This document shows positions 48,768-58,572 of a stretch of DNA of 64,000 bases, piece after piece. The position numbers and the translations under genes were made by a program. This stretch comes from Vampirovibrionaceae bacterium NZW_1234. Lineage in GTDB: Bacteria; Cyanobacteriota; Vampirovibrionia; Vampirovibrionales; JAGQHJ01. Under the pieces are notes generated by a model that saw nothing but the letters and a program-made list of their open reading frames with translations, had not been told where the DNA came from and searched no databases. Numbering within the stretch: the first letter of the stretch is position 1; each line of letters starts with the position of its first letter. The DNA lies in contig JBGUGD010000035.1 of NCBI GenBank assembly GCA_041697335.1, positions 32,001 through 96,000 of the forward strand. The letters are read 5' to 3'.

Positions 48768-49999
48768 GCTCTCCCCCATCGGTTAATTTCCAGGATGTCA
48801 CGACCCGGGTTCGCATTAATCCGGATACCTACCTGAAATTTGAAGACGGCGATCAAGTGACGCTACAACATATGTACAGCGACCAAAGTGTTCGCATTAA
48901 ATATGACATCATGCTCATTCTCTACCCCATGGTCCAGTGGGTCACGGTTGGGGAATTGTGTGAAGGCTGGCCCCCGGAAGATCAGGTCAAAATCAAAGAT
49001 CACCTGCAGATGCTCCACCAAAGCAAGATTATTCTGACCGAGCAGGACGAGTTGCCCGAACAGAGCCAAAGCAACTTGCCCACCAACCTCGGCAAGGAAA
49101 TCACCATTAACATCGAAAACCACCATGTTATGCTGCGCGACAGCATTCGCATGGCCTGTTACCAACGCGCCATTGAAAAAGCCGTCAACGCCAATAGCAT
49201 TGTGGTGGATTTAGGGGCAGGCTCCGGCATCTTATCCTTCTTTTCCGCTCGAGCCGGTGCCCAAAAAATCTATGCCATCGAAAAGCGCCCGGATATGGTG
49301 ATGGTGGCCAAGGAACTGGCCAAAGCCAATGGGTTTGAGCATCAAATTACGTTTATTGAAAACAGCTCCCATCTGGTCAAGGCCGAAGAACTGGACCCCA
49401 AGCCCACGGTCCTGGTTTCTGAAATCCTTGGAAACGCGATTCTCGAAGAGCACATCCTGGAATTTACCATGGATGCCCGGGATCGTTTTCTGGCTCCTGG
49501 GGGCAAACTGATCCCGGCCGCCGTCGATATCCTGGTCGTTCCCTTTGACAGTGGCCCGCCGTTGGATCGGACCCTGGAAGTAGATGAGCTGTCCATGATT
49601 TACGGCTTTAATTTTGACATTATGAAAACGGTTCTGGCCCAAAAACCCACCATGAAGCTGGAGCGCTTTAACCCAATGGCCTACCCCATTGTTGCCGATC
49701 CGGTATGCGCCATTTCCTTAGACCTCTACAGCATTCAGTCGCCGAAATTTCAAAGTTCCTTCTCGTTTACAGCCAAGGAAGACGGCTTTGTCAACGGGTT
49801 TTGTGCCTTCTTCAGAGCCAAAATGGACGACGACAATGTGCTGACCAACTCACCCTGGGCGCCCCCGACACACTGGACCCAGATGGTTTTTCACTTCCCC
49901 GACCGACGCCCCGTCAAAGCCAACGAGAGTTATGAGATGGAAATGCGCTATGATGGTGGCCTGAGCCTATGGTTCAAAGCCGACTACAACAACGACTAA
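48758..49999 (+). CDS. Protein arginine methyltransferase (PRMT-like) with N-terminal winged-helix/RRE-like domain
   Basis: VVDLGAGSGILS, IYAIE, double-E loop SEILGNAILEE, THW loop PPTHWTQ. Confidence 0.8.
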   Translation: MVLSSPPSVNFQDVTTRVRINPDTYLKFEDGDQVTLQHMYSDQSVRIKYDIMLILYPMVQWVTVGELCEGWPPEDQVKIKDHLQMLHQSKIILTEQDELPEQSQSNLPTNLGKEITINIENHHVMLRDSIRMACYQRAIEKAVNANSIVVDLGAGSGILSFFSARAGAQKIYAIEKRPDMVMVAKELAKANGFEHQITFIENSSHLVKAEELDPKPTVLVSEILGNAILEEHILEFTMDARDRFLAPGGKLIPAAVDILVVPFDSGPPLDRTLEVDELSMIYGFNFDIMKTVLAQKPTMKLERFNPMAYPIVADPVCAISLDLYSIQSPKFQSSFSFTAKEDGFVNGFCAFFRAKMDDDNVLTNSPWAPPTHWTQMVFHFPDRRPVKANESYEMEMRYDGGLSLWFKADYNND

Positions 50000-50120
50000 T
50001 ACGCTGACACCATTGCCCTGTTTTTCTGGCATCAAAGCGGCTAGCAACATTTTGCCTTGACCGGGTTTTATCCTGCACGACCCACCCCAGCAAGCGTGTT
50101 TTAGTGAGGAGCCCAAAAGC

Positions 50121-51329
50121 GTGATGCCTTCCACCGGTATTAACCCCGCTGTGATTGACCGAAACAGCCGCGCCATGCAAGCTGGAACATTGCGCGCCTT
50201 GGCAAGCAAAGCACACCTGGCCCCTATCGTTACAAACGCGGATCAGACACGGTTTGGGTTCCAACGCCCTATCTCGGAACTACCAACCCCAGCCATCACA
50301 TCACTCAGTGCTTATTTGGGCCGTCCATGGCCAGCAGCTCCGACAGTTCCCGTGGCCGTTGTCGATTTAGGCAGTCATGCCGCCAAGATGTCCGTCGTCA
50401 AACCCAATGGCCAAGTCCAGATTTACCACTACAGTGTACTATTGGGCAGCAACCTGGGCGCAACCGGCAAAATCGGGGATTCGGGTAAACAAAGCCTGTT
50501 AAACGCATTGAACGCTTTTGGCACAATTCTTGAGCAACAAGGCGTTTCACCCCGCCAGGTCATGGGCGTGGCCACCGCCTGGGCCAGAGATGCCCAGAAC
50601 AGCAAGGAAATGCGTCAAATTTTAAACGACTCAGGCCTCAACATTCGGGTCATTCCCGGGACAACCGAAGCCCTGTTGGCCTTCAAAGCCACCCTCCGCA
50701 ATCAACCTTTAGAGCCCCAGGAAAAAGTCGTGGTCCTCGAAATGGGGGGCGGCAGTTCTGAACTGTGCTTTGGAACAGGGCACCAGTTTGACGAACAATT
50801 ATCCGACGAGATACCCTTGGGCTTAAGTCGCCTGAACCTCCATAACCCCTTTGATCCCAATGCCCTGGCTCAGGCCCGGGCCAAGATCCGGCACATCCTC
50901 ACCACGGAAATGCCGGAAAAGACACGCCAGAACGCCCAGGGCCGGCGTCTGTTCATTGAAACCTTTGAGCTGCAACAGAAGATTCTCCAGGGTGTCAAAG
51001 ACGACTTGGGCTTGAATACCTCAAGCGATGCCCCCTTAACCCAAGAGCATCTTGGCTATCTCTTACGACCGGAGCATTTGCCCCTGTTCCAGAAACATGC
51101 ACTTCTAATCGGCCAACAATTGGCGGCCACGCCAGACACCCCCACGGATCAGGATGGTGACATCATCCGTGGTGTTTACAACAGCGCCAAGAACACTATC
51201 CGGTCCCTTCTGGTGATTCAGAGCCTGTTGGAATACCTCAATCTGCCCCAAGCCGAATACGGAGCCCCGGGTGGAATGAGTACCACCTTGCTGTTAGGGC
51301 AGTTGGCCAAAGCCACACAACCGGCTTAG
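50121..51329 (+). CDS. Ppx/GppA-like ASKHA phosphatase with N-terminal TRFG leader
   Basis: VVDLGSH, ATAWARDA.N, I.G..EA, EMGGGSSE. Confidence 0.7.
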   Translation: MMPSTGINPAVIDRNSRAMQAGTLRALASKAHLAPIVTNADQTRFGFQRPISELPTPAITSLSAYLGRPWPAAPTVPVAVVDLGSHAAKMSVVKPNGQVQIYHYSVLLGSNLGATGKIGDSGKQSLLNALNAFGTILEQQGVSPRQVMGVATAWARDAQNSKEMRQILNDSGLNIRVIPGTTEALLAFKATLRNQPLEPQEKVVVLEMGGGSSELCFGTGHQFDEQLSDEIPLGLSRLNLHNPFDPNALAQARAKIRHILTTEMPEKTRQNAQGRRLFIETFELQQKILQGVKDDLGLNTSSDAPLTQEHLGYLLRPEHLPLFQKHALLIGQQLAATPDTPTDQDGDIIRGVYNSAKNTIRSLLVIQSLLEYLNLPQAEYGAPGGMSTTLLLGQLAKATQPA

Positions 51330-51691
51330 CGTTGCGTTTCCAAAGCCTGCAAACAGGCGATGACCTGGGCCAGCTCAGGCGGGGCGGATCCCCCTTCTTC
51401 AGCATAACGGGTCACAAAATCCCGAGTGGCGTCCATTAAATCTTTTACCGGCACCTGCGGGGATAGGGCCTGAACAAACGCGCCAACCTGAAGGCTCTCG
51501 ATCCCAAAATGCTGGCTTAAAAGCTCAACCAGTCGTTGTTTCACCAGGCTTGCCTCGTTCATGGGCCCCAAGGGCAGGCCTTGGGAAGCTAAATCCACAT
51601 TAGAGGAGGCTTTAGCACGCATCCATGGAGTCATCTCATCTTGCTGGGTTTGCTGAATCACCCGTTTTAAGCCGACAAATGGGGTCGACAT
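51326..51691 (-). CDS. Hypothetical protein
   Basis: GGAGG RBS; downstream of frr. Confidence 0.55.
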   Translation of the reverse strand: MSTPFVGLKRVIQQTQQDEMTPWMRAKASSNVDLASQGLPLGPMNEASLVKQRLVELLSQHFGIESLQVGAFVQALSPQVPVKDLMDATRDFVTRYAEEGGSAPPELAQVIACLQALETQR

Positions 51692-51743
51692 GGAAACATC
51701 CTCCCTCTATCCCCGGGTCAAAGCCCGGTGTCTACCTTGCGGG

Positions 51744-52307
51744 TTAAATTTTCATAATTTCCTGTTCTTTTTCGGTAATGATCTTCTCCAGCTGGCCTGT
51801 GTAGCGGTCGGTCAGTTTTTGAATCTCATCCAACTGGCGTTTCACCTCATCTTCAGGCATGCTGGCTTCTTTTTCGAGCTTTTTGACCGCATCAGTGGCA
51901 TCCCGGCGCACGTTACGAATGGCGACTTTGCCTTCTTCACCGTATTTTTTCACCAGCTTAACCAGCTCTTTACGCCGATCTTCGGTCAAGGGCGGAATAT
52001 TCAGGCGAATAGCACTGCCGTCGTTGTTGGGGGTCAGCCCCAGATCGGACTTGGAAATGGCTTTTTCAATCTCCGCCATGGACGATTTGTCATAAGGCTG
52101 GATCAACAAGGTCTGGCCATCGGGAACCGAAATGTTGGACATCTGCTTAAGGGGGGTCGGGGTGCCATAGTAGTCCACGGAAACCCGATCCAGAATCTGC
52201 GGGTTGGCACGACCCGTGCGCACCGCAGCGAGTTCATTTTGAGTGGCATTAATGGCCTTTTTCATGCGATCTTCCGCGTCCTGGTGAATTTGTTCAATGG
52301 TCGGCAT
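51744..52307 (-). CDS. frr: Ribosome recycling factor
   Basis: RTGRANP, DYYG.PTPL, IPPLTEDRRKELVK, RNVRRDA. Confidence 0.96.
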   Translation of the reverse strand: MPTIEQIHQDAEDRMKKAINATQNELAAVRTGRANPQILDRVSVDYYGTPTPLKQMSNISVPDGQTLLIQPYDKSSMAEIEKAISKSDLGLTPNNDGSAIRLNIPPLTEDRRKELVKLVKKYGEEGKVAIRNVRRDATDAVKKLEKEASMPEDEVKRQLDEIQKLTDRYTGQLEKIITEKEQEIMKI

Positions 52308-52465
52308 GGCAGTCACTCCTTCACGCATGCTAGGGATACTCTGTGTGTTTATCTTAAAACCACCGGTGGTTCATCGCAACCGCTTATTTCAGTTTCTTGG
52401 CAAATTCATGGCCAAACCCGCCCCGGCTTTACCAGGGCGGGTTTAAACCGAAGTTGCTGAATTTT

Positions 52466-52942
52466 TCAGGACGCCATCATCACTGAAGACACACCGGTCA
52501 CAGCCTGAATGGGACTTTTTGGGGCTTCCAGGTGTGCCTCGCGTTCGTTACGCGGGAAACCGGCGCCACGGATGGTAAAATGCACGTCCGCATCTTTGAC
52601 TTCGAACGCCTCCAGCACATACCGTTGGGTCGCCTCCACATCAAACGGCTTGCAGCTGAAGAGATCGAAGAAAAAGTAGTCCTTTTGCGTAAACGAGTGA
52701 AAGGACAAATGGGACTCGGCAATCACCACCACCCCGGTAATCCCTTCATCTTCCGGTACCAGGCCGGAATAGGGGAAGACATAGGGCTGAATAATTTTGG
52801 TCATCCCGACTTTTTCCGGCAAGGTGTTCAGAAAATCGAAGATATAGCGTAAATCCGATATTTTCCCAGGGTGACACTGACGACAATCCAGCATCAAATG
52901 GGGCCCCATGGCGTTGGCCAAAGCAGTCGAATGTCTCATCAT
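52466..52942 (-). CDS. Pyruvoyl-dependent AdoMet decarboxylase-family proenzyme (paralogue 2)
   Basis: GITGVVVIAESHLSFH and D.FSC.PFD. Confidence 0.8.
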   Translation of the reverse strand: MMRHSTALANAMGPHLMLDCRQCHPGKISDLRYIFDFLNTLPEKVGMTKIIQPYVFPYSGLVPEDEGITGVVVIAESHLSFHSFTQKDYFFFDLFSCKPFDVEATQRYVLEAFEVKDADVHFTIRGAGFPRNEREAHLEAPKSPIQAVTGVSSVMMAS

Positions 52943-52945
52943 GGG

Positions 52946-53362
52946 TCAGCCCTCCTTTCCGGCAGGAATTGCCGTTTTTACTGCAGGTGGCGACAAGCGG
53001 TCCAGAATGCGATTGAGATCGCCGCGTTCGACATGCTGGATATCAGCCGCTTCAGCGCTAAATCCATCCTTTAAGACCCGATACGCGACCATTTGCTGAA
53101 TAGTATCCCCACAGGTATATAAATCAATGGACGCATAGCGGTATTCCGGCCAGGTATGAATGGCCAGATGGGATTCGGCAATCACCACCACGCCGCTGAT
53201 ACCGTGCGGCTGGAACCGATGAAACGTTGACTGGACAATAGTAGCCCCGCAATCCCGGGCAGCCTGGTTCATGATCTCTTCCACATAAGGCAAATCGTCC
53301 AGGGCCTTGGGATCACAATTATAAAATTCAAGCAACATGTGCTGACCAAGCGTTTGTTTCAT
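52946..53362 (-). CDS. speH: S-adenosylmethionine decarboxylase proenzyme
   Basis: F.PHGISGVVVIAESHLAIHTWPE..YA.ID.YTCG. Confidence 0.9.
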   Translation of the reverse strand: MKQTLGQHMLLEFYNCDPKALDDLPYVEEIMNQAARDCGATIVQSTFHRFQPHGISGVVVIAESHLAIHTWPEYRYASIDLYTCGDTIQQMVAYRVLKDGFSAEAADIQHVERGDLNRILDRLSPPAVKTAIPAGKEG

Positions 53363-53492
53363 GACGCAATCCTCCGTATGACGTTGTAAGACTGACCTTC
53401 ATCGGAGCTTTTGCTTCACGCGGTTCTCGATACTCCCCTGATTCCGTGGGACACATGGAATGCAACTTCCATGCTTTCCCAGGGTTTCAAGT

Positions 53493-53858
53493 TTAGAGAA
53501 TCGGCGCGGCAAAAGCCAGGCTCATCCTGCCTGAGCTGTCGTCACCGGATTTATTGCTATCAAAGGCAAAGCGCAAGAGAAAGGTCCGAAAAAACCGACA
53601 GGAATCTTCGGCCGAAAACACGCCATTTAAAAACTCGCTAAGATGGGAGCTGACCATACTTTTGGTCCGTGCTTGCAGGGTGTGGATATAACGCCGAACA
53701 GAAACCCGTTGAGGTTCACCACGCTCAACTTGTGCGGTCTGTTGAAGGGTTTGATAGAATCGCTGTGACATTGGCCACGTATCTCCATCATCCATCGACG
53801 TCATCTGTGTCCACGGAAAACCGTTTCTGAAGTATGACACAGATTTGCCATCGGACAC
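53493..53858 (-). CDS. Hypothetical protein
   Basis: ORF with RBS AGGTG. Confidence 0.4.
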   Translation of the reverse strand: MSDGKSVSYFRNGFPWTQMTSMDDGDTWPMSQRFYQTLQQTAQVERGEPQRVSVRRYIHTLQARTKSMVSSHLSEFLNGVFSAEDSCRFFRTFLLRFAFDSNKSGDDSSGRMSLAFAAPIL

Positions 53859-53941
53859 CCACCTATTTATATTACCCTAATATTTTCCTTTCCAGTCCGT
53901 TTTTAGCTCACGTGCACTATCCCCAAAACCTAGTGCCTGCC

Positions 53942-54228
53942 AAAAGGAAAGGACCTCTAACAGGCAAGAGGTCCTCATGGGAGGGGCAACTCATTCGATC
54001 GCTATGGATCTGTAATGTTTCTTCCTCCCGAACAACACACAAGTGAACCAAGGTTCAAGGTTTCCCAAAGTCCTACTGGCTGTGAAAGTTGAGATTTACC
54101 CTCTCACAGTACGCGTATTACCCGGCCAACCTTGAAAAAACGATGTGCTTACCACCTCCGCTCGTCAACCCACCGGCCTTTGCCGGGGTAACCTACATCC
54201 AACCTCATCAATCATCCCGCTTTGGGAC
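53942..54228 (-). ncRNA. Candidate structured non-coding RNA (family not identified)
   Basis: TTGCAT-17-TAGTAT promoter (54263-54235), closing stem TCCCAAAG/CTTTGGGA, internal stems, and an intrinsic terminator at 53942-53975. Confidence 0.45.
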
Positions 54229-54382
54229 AGAACAATACTACTAAAGATTAAATAAACATGCAATGAATATGAAAGAAGTGTAACATTTTGCACCCCTGGA
54301 ACGACCTTCCCTTTCCCTTAACCCCGCGCGATACTGTGGAAAGCTGACAATATCAGCAATCCCCCCCGAAGAGGATGTCCTG

Positions 54383-54604
54383 ATGCCTGACACAACCCCT
54401 GATATTCGCCCCCTCGATCCCGGCGTGTATTCCTGGTGTACCTGCGGTTTTACACGTGAAGAACCTTTTTGCGATGGGGCTCATATCGGCAAGGGCATGT
54501 GCCCTATGACCTTCACCCTGGAGGAATCCAGGACCGTGGCCCTATGCCGCTGCAAAAAAACCAGGACCCCACCCTATTGTGACGGCAGCCACCAGGGCCG
54601 CTAA
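54383..54604 (+). CDS. Tandem CDGSH iron-sulfur domain protein
   Basis: WCTCG....PFCDGAH and LCRCK.T..PPYCDGSH. Confidence 0.9.
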   Translation: MPDTTPDIRPLDPGVYSWCTCGFTREEPFCDGAHIGKGMCPMTFTLEESRTVALCRCKKTRTPPYCDGSHQGR

Positions 54605-55002
54605 AAAGGCCACCAGTGGCCATAAAGCACATAATGGAACACAAGCACCCCACAAACTGCGATGATCAGCGCAAAACTACCCAAGTGAACCCGTTTGTCC
54701 ATCCACAGACTGACAAGAATCAAACCGCCAAACAAGGCTGCCCCCACCCCCATCATATTAAGCAAACTCTGCCCATATTGCGTTAAAAATCCACTAGGCG
54801 CCATTAACACCGATTCAACAACGGTTTGCAGGACGAGAGCCATCATGACAACCAAGACTTCTATCTCAAGAAACCCCATTCCAGAGGCATCACTATCGGG
54901 ACCTTCATGGGTTTTATCGGCACGACGCATTTCGGACTTGATGGCCGAGACTCCTTTGCATCGCCACAAAAAAATGCCGCCAAGAGCCATTCTTAGCGGC
55001 AT
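54601..55002 (-). CDS. Small membrane protein
   Basis: Three hydrophobic segments; true start probably MGFLE. Confidence 0.5.
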   Translation of the reverse strand: MPLRMALGGIFLWRCKGVSAIKSEMRRADKTHEGPDSDASGMGFLEIEVLVVMMALVLQTVVESVLMAPSGFLTQYGQSLLNMMGVGAALFGGLILVSLWMDKRVHLGSFALIIAVCGVLVFHYVLYGHWWPF

Positions 55003-55036
55003 TCAGATGGGGTTAGACTGTACTTCGGTTTTAAAT

Positions 55037-55774
55037 TTAGCGTTGTGCCAGGGTTGATGAAGGCCCAATGCTTGCAATTTGCTGCTTTACTACATTGATG
55101 GGAACCGCAAAGCTCACACCCGCGCTACTAGCCCCCACCGGGTTGATAATGGAGCGATTAATACCAATTAACTCGCCGCGAATATTGAGCAACGGCCCAC
55201 CGGAATTCCCCGGATTGATGGCTGCATCGGTCTGAATCATATTACGCGTCCTATCAATACGACTCACAATCCCTGTCGTCAACGTCCCGTCCAGGCCAAA
55301 CGGACTGCCAATAGCCAAGACTCTTTGGCCGACTCGCACCAGGCCGGAATCACCCATCTTGGCTGTGGGGTAGGGCCCTCGACCATTGAGACGCAAGAAT
55401 GCCAAATCTTTATTGTCTAATCCCAGGGCAACCACACGAGCCTGCTGGAAACGATCATCGGCCAATTTGACAGTCACGGTCTTGGCATCCAAGACCACAT
55501 GCTTGTTCGTCACAACCAAGCCATCGGACGTCAGAATCACGCCGGCGCCCTGGTTTTTGCCGGAGTTAATCCCGACCACGGCCGGGGCATTTCGCTCATA
55601 AACGGCAATATTTGCTTGCTCTTCGGCACTGACGGAAACCGGAATTTCTGAGGGGGCCTGCTCCAAGGCAGCCGTTGATTTTGACATAGGAGTCAAAACC
55701 ATTAAGTTTAAAGCCATCGCAGGAGCCAAGCTCAACAACAACCATTTCCGGGTGGACAAAATCGGACTCTTCAA
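55037..55774 (-). CDS. HtrA-like trypsin (S1C) serine protease without PDZ
   Basis: TNKHV, DLA and IQTDAAINPGNSGGPL; N-terminal signal or anchor. Confidence 0.9.
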   Translation of the reverse strand: MKSPILSTRKWLLLSLAPAMALNLMVLTPMSKSTAALEQAPSEIPVSVSAEEQANIAVYERNAPAVVGINSGKNQGAGVILTSDGLVVTNKHVVLDAKTVTVKLADDRFQQARVVALGLDNKDLAFLRLNGRGPYPTAKMGDSGLVRVGQRVLAIGSPFGLDGTLTTGIVSRIDRTRNMIQTDAAINPGNSGGPLLNIRGELIGINRSIINPVGASSAGVSFAVPINVVKQQIASIGPSSTLAQR

Positions 55775-56332
55775 CCTTCACTACCTCTTCTACTGTGGGA
55801 CTCTATCATAGGCACTTGGATTATAGCAGACGATGCTTGAAAAGTGTCCACACTCTAAGTGAACAAATCATCGCCAAACATCTTCCCTCACGAGATCGGA
55901 TCAATGCCGCACCAATACAACTTCGTGTATCCATGACATTTTCCAGGACATATATTAAGATTTGTAACAAACCCCGTCTTGATTTCCAAAAGACAGTTGC
56001 GGATTCGATTGGACGCGTTAGACTAAATACTACTAACTGAAGTAAGTAACATCAGTTGTCCCGCATACACTAAGTTTCTTTTAAGTTTTCCCCCTCACTC
56101 CCAACCTAAAATATCAATCCCCTCCAACACGATTGGAGGGTTCTTTTTTTGGAGCGTTTTCAGTAAATCATGGTTGGGTGACACAAGGATGGCATGGCTG
56201 AGAACGCCACTTCAGTCGCCTTCGATTTGTCGAAGTCCTGCTTTTCTGTTACCGTCCATACAGTCACCTGGATTGTTCGGGTCTGTCCCTCGTCGTTTCC
56301 AAGTCCAAAGAACGCTGAAAGGATCGCTGCAG

Positions 56333-56710
56333 ATGAAATCCGTTAAAACGTTTTATTGGCTTCCCAAGTGCACCACATGTCAACGGGCCGAGCAGTTTCT
56401 GCTGGATCATGGCATTACCATTGACACTTATGTCGACGTAAAAACCGAAGCCGTGGATAAGGCGACCCTTCAACAACTCGCCGAAGCCTTAGGCGGTGTC
56501 GACAAACTGTTTTCTAAACGTGCATTGAAGTACCGGGCCCTTGGTCTCCATGAACAAACCCTCAGTGATGCGGATATGCTGGACTGGATGGCAAAAGAAT
56601 ACACGTTTATTAAGCGTCCCGTTCTTGTTACCGATGAAGGCCAGGTTTTATCCGGGTTTGTTCCTAAACAATACAAGACCCTGGTTGCCCAAGCGACCCC
56701 CAGCGCCTGA
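56333..56710 (+). CDS. ArsC/Spx family protein
   Basis: CTTC and IKRP...G F motifs. Confidence 0.85.
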   Translation: MKSVKTFYWLPKCTTCQRAEQFLLDHGITIDTYVDVKTEAVDKATLQQLAEALGGVDKLFSKRALKYRALGLHEQTLSDADMLDWMAKEYTFIKRPVLVTDEGQVLSGFVPKQYKTLVAQATPSA

Positions 56711-56769
56711 TTTCAATTTTGATTCTTTTTTTGCCGTTTCCCACGGCCGCTTGCGTGTGATTCCCCTTC

Positions 56770-57732
56770 ATGATTTCATCGAAGGAGCGATATGCTTTGC
56801 ATGCATTCCATCGATATCGGGGGAGCTTCTATCTGATGTTTCACATTCACACATCGCCCACTATAAGCAACACTCGTGTTGCTTTCTCCAAACGTACCCG
56901 GCCAACCTCAACGTCGGTCTTTAAAACCACACCGGCAAGCAGCCCTCACGCGCCTCGCTTTGCCAGCAGCCATGCTAGCGCCAAACTTTTGGGCGCCTAT
57001 ATTTTCGGCATCGGCTCAGCCCTCCTGGGTGTGCACCTGACACAACCCTCCCCGGTACAAACGCCTGCGCGCCAAACCGCCAACACCCCGACAGAAACGA
57101 TTCCTTCCGGCATGGTGGTGGAAGCCAAAACACCCGGACTGTTTAAACTGGATCTGCAACGAAACGAGCTTGAATTCCTGGAAGCCTACACTCATCGAGC
57201 CGATACGGTTCTAAGTTACCTGGAAGCTCTGCACCAGGATATCCAAGAGACCACGGCAGTAACCGAAGACTTTAAAGCCGGTGTTGTCGAACGATTGTCT
57301 CGGTTTAAGTCCCTGAAAAGCCAAATTTCACCCAGAACCCGGGCTGTTCTTGAGAACTGGAAGTATGACGACCGAGCCTCGTTCGATCCCGAGCAGCAGA
57401 AGGCCTTGGCGGAGTATATTATCCAAGTCGGAGCCAAAGGCCATCGGGAACTGACCTTTATTGGGCTCACCGCCCATCCCGACGATCAGCGTTTCTTACG
57501 CGACAACCTCTGGCAAACCCACAGCGGCTTTGTCTCCCCGCTTTATCGGGGGCTACCCCATGACAGCTTGGCTATGCTTCAGCTGCGGGTTACCCGCTAT
57601 AACAAAGTGGCCCCTGCCCCGTACCAAAGCTTAATCGGCTGGGACTATACCCAGGACATTGAAGAAACCGTCCTCAAGGATAAAGTCTTTGGCGGCCTCC
57701 GCCAGGACTGGCCCAAGATGTACCTGCCCTAG
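56770..57732 (+). CDS. Hypothetical protein with APRFA leader and one TM segment
   Basis: Ser/Thr/Pro-rich N-terminus, PRFAS, then a hydrophobic helix. Confidence 0.6.
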   Translation: MISSKERYALHAFHRYRGSFYLMFHIHTSPTISNTRVAFSKRTRPTSTSVFKTTPASSPHAPRFASSHASAKLLGAYIFGIGSALLGVHLTQPSPVQTPARQTANTPTETIPSGMVVEAKTPGLFKLDLQRNELEFLEAYTHRADTVLSYLEALHQDIQETTAVTEDFKAGVVERLSRFKSLKSQISPRTRAVLENWKYDDRASFDPEQQKALAEYIIQVGAKGHRELTFIGLTAHPDDQRFLRDNLWQTHSGFVSPLYRGLPHDSLAMLQLRVTRYNKVAPAPYQSLIGWDYTQDIEETVLKDKVFGGLRQDWPKMYLP

Positions 57733-57890
57733 GCAATCTTGCCTGAAGCTACCCGTTTCAGGGATTTCCGAGGCGAAAGATACGTGCAGAGAAATGCCAT
57801 ATATCTTTACTTGAATTTGGCCCTTGGCGGGCTAAGATAGAGCCATTCCATTGTCCGTTTGACTGTGTCCCCCAACCTCGAGGAACCCCA

Positions 57891-58529
57891 ATGCTGTTTG
57901 GCATTAATTTGTTACCCCAAGAAGATCGGTTTTATGATTTGCTGGGTGAAAGCGGCGAGCTGTCCTATTTATCCGTCCAACTGCTCAAGCAGCTGGTGAA
58001 CGAAACCGATTCCCAGAAAGCCTACAAACTGGGCCAGGACATTAAAGTGGCCAAAAACCGGTCCAAAGCCGTCACCCAGGAAATTGTAGAAAAACTCTGC
58101 CATACCTTCATTACCCCCTTTGACCGCGAGGACATCCATGCCCTGGCTCGCGGGATGTACAAGATCCCTAAAATCTGCGAGAAGGCACAGGAACGCCTTC
58201 TTTCCTTTCAGATTCAACCCTTTCAGAGCGATCTCTACCGCCTGACCGATAACATGGTCGAAGCCTCCGAGCAGCTCCACTTTCTGCTGAAGAACCTGAA
58301 AACCTTAAAGCACCTGCAACAGGTTTCGGACAAATGTGCCTTGCTGCAAAATGTTGAAAACAACACCGACGAACTTTTGAACCAACTTCTTGTCGACCTG
58401 TTTCAAAAGGAACATGACGTCAAGCAGATTATCCTGCGCCGGGATGTGTATGAACTGATGGAAAACATCGTGGATCGGCATCGGGATATGGGCAACATCA
58501 TCCTTGAAATCGTGTTAAAACACTCCTAA
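57891..58529 (+). CDS. DUF47 phosphate transport regulator
   Basis: FITPFDREDI and E...D motifs; upstream of pit. Confidence 0.85.
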   Translation: MLFGINLLPQEDRFYDLLGESGELSYLSVQLLKQLVNETDSQKAYKLGQDIKVAKNRSKAVTQEIVEKLCHTFITPFDREDIHALARGMYKIPKICEKAQERLLSFQIQPFQSDLYRLTDNMVEASEQLHFLLKNLKTLKHLQQVSDKCALLQNVENNTDELLNQLLVDLFQKEHDVKQIILRRDVYELMENIVDRHRDMGNIILEIVLKHS

Positions 58530-58572
58530 ACTCCCCCTGACCTTGTTCACACTACGTTGAGTCACACCCCTT

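Noticed and set aside
51690..52460. 256-aa + strand ORF
   Set aside because: Antisense shadow of frr. The same reasoning was applied to the many short ORFs antisense to pit, the permease, umuC, PRMT and the toxin gene.
54060..54230. glmS ribozyme, cobalamin riboswitch or 6S RNA assignment
   Set aside because: Only short fragments resemble each consensus, the downstream genes do not fit, and the multibranch stems argue against a simple 6S rod. Left unassigned.
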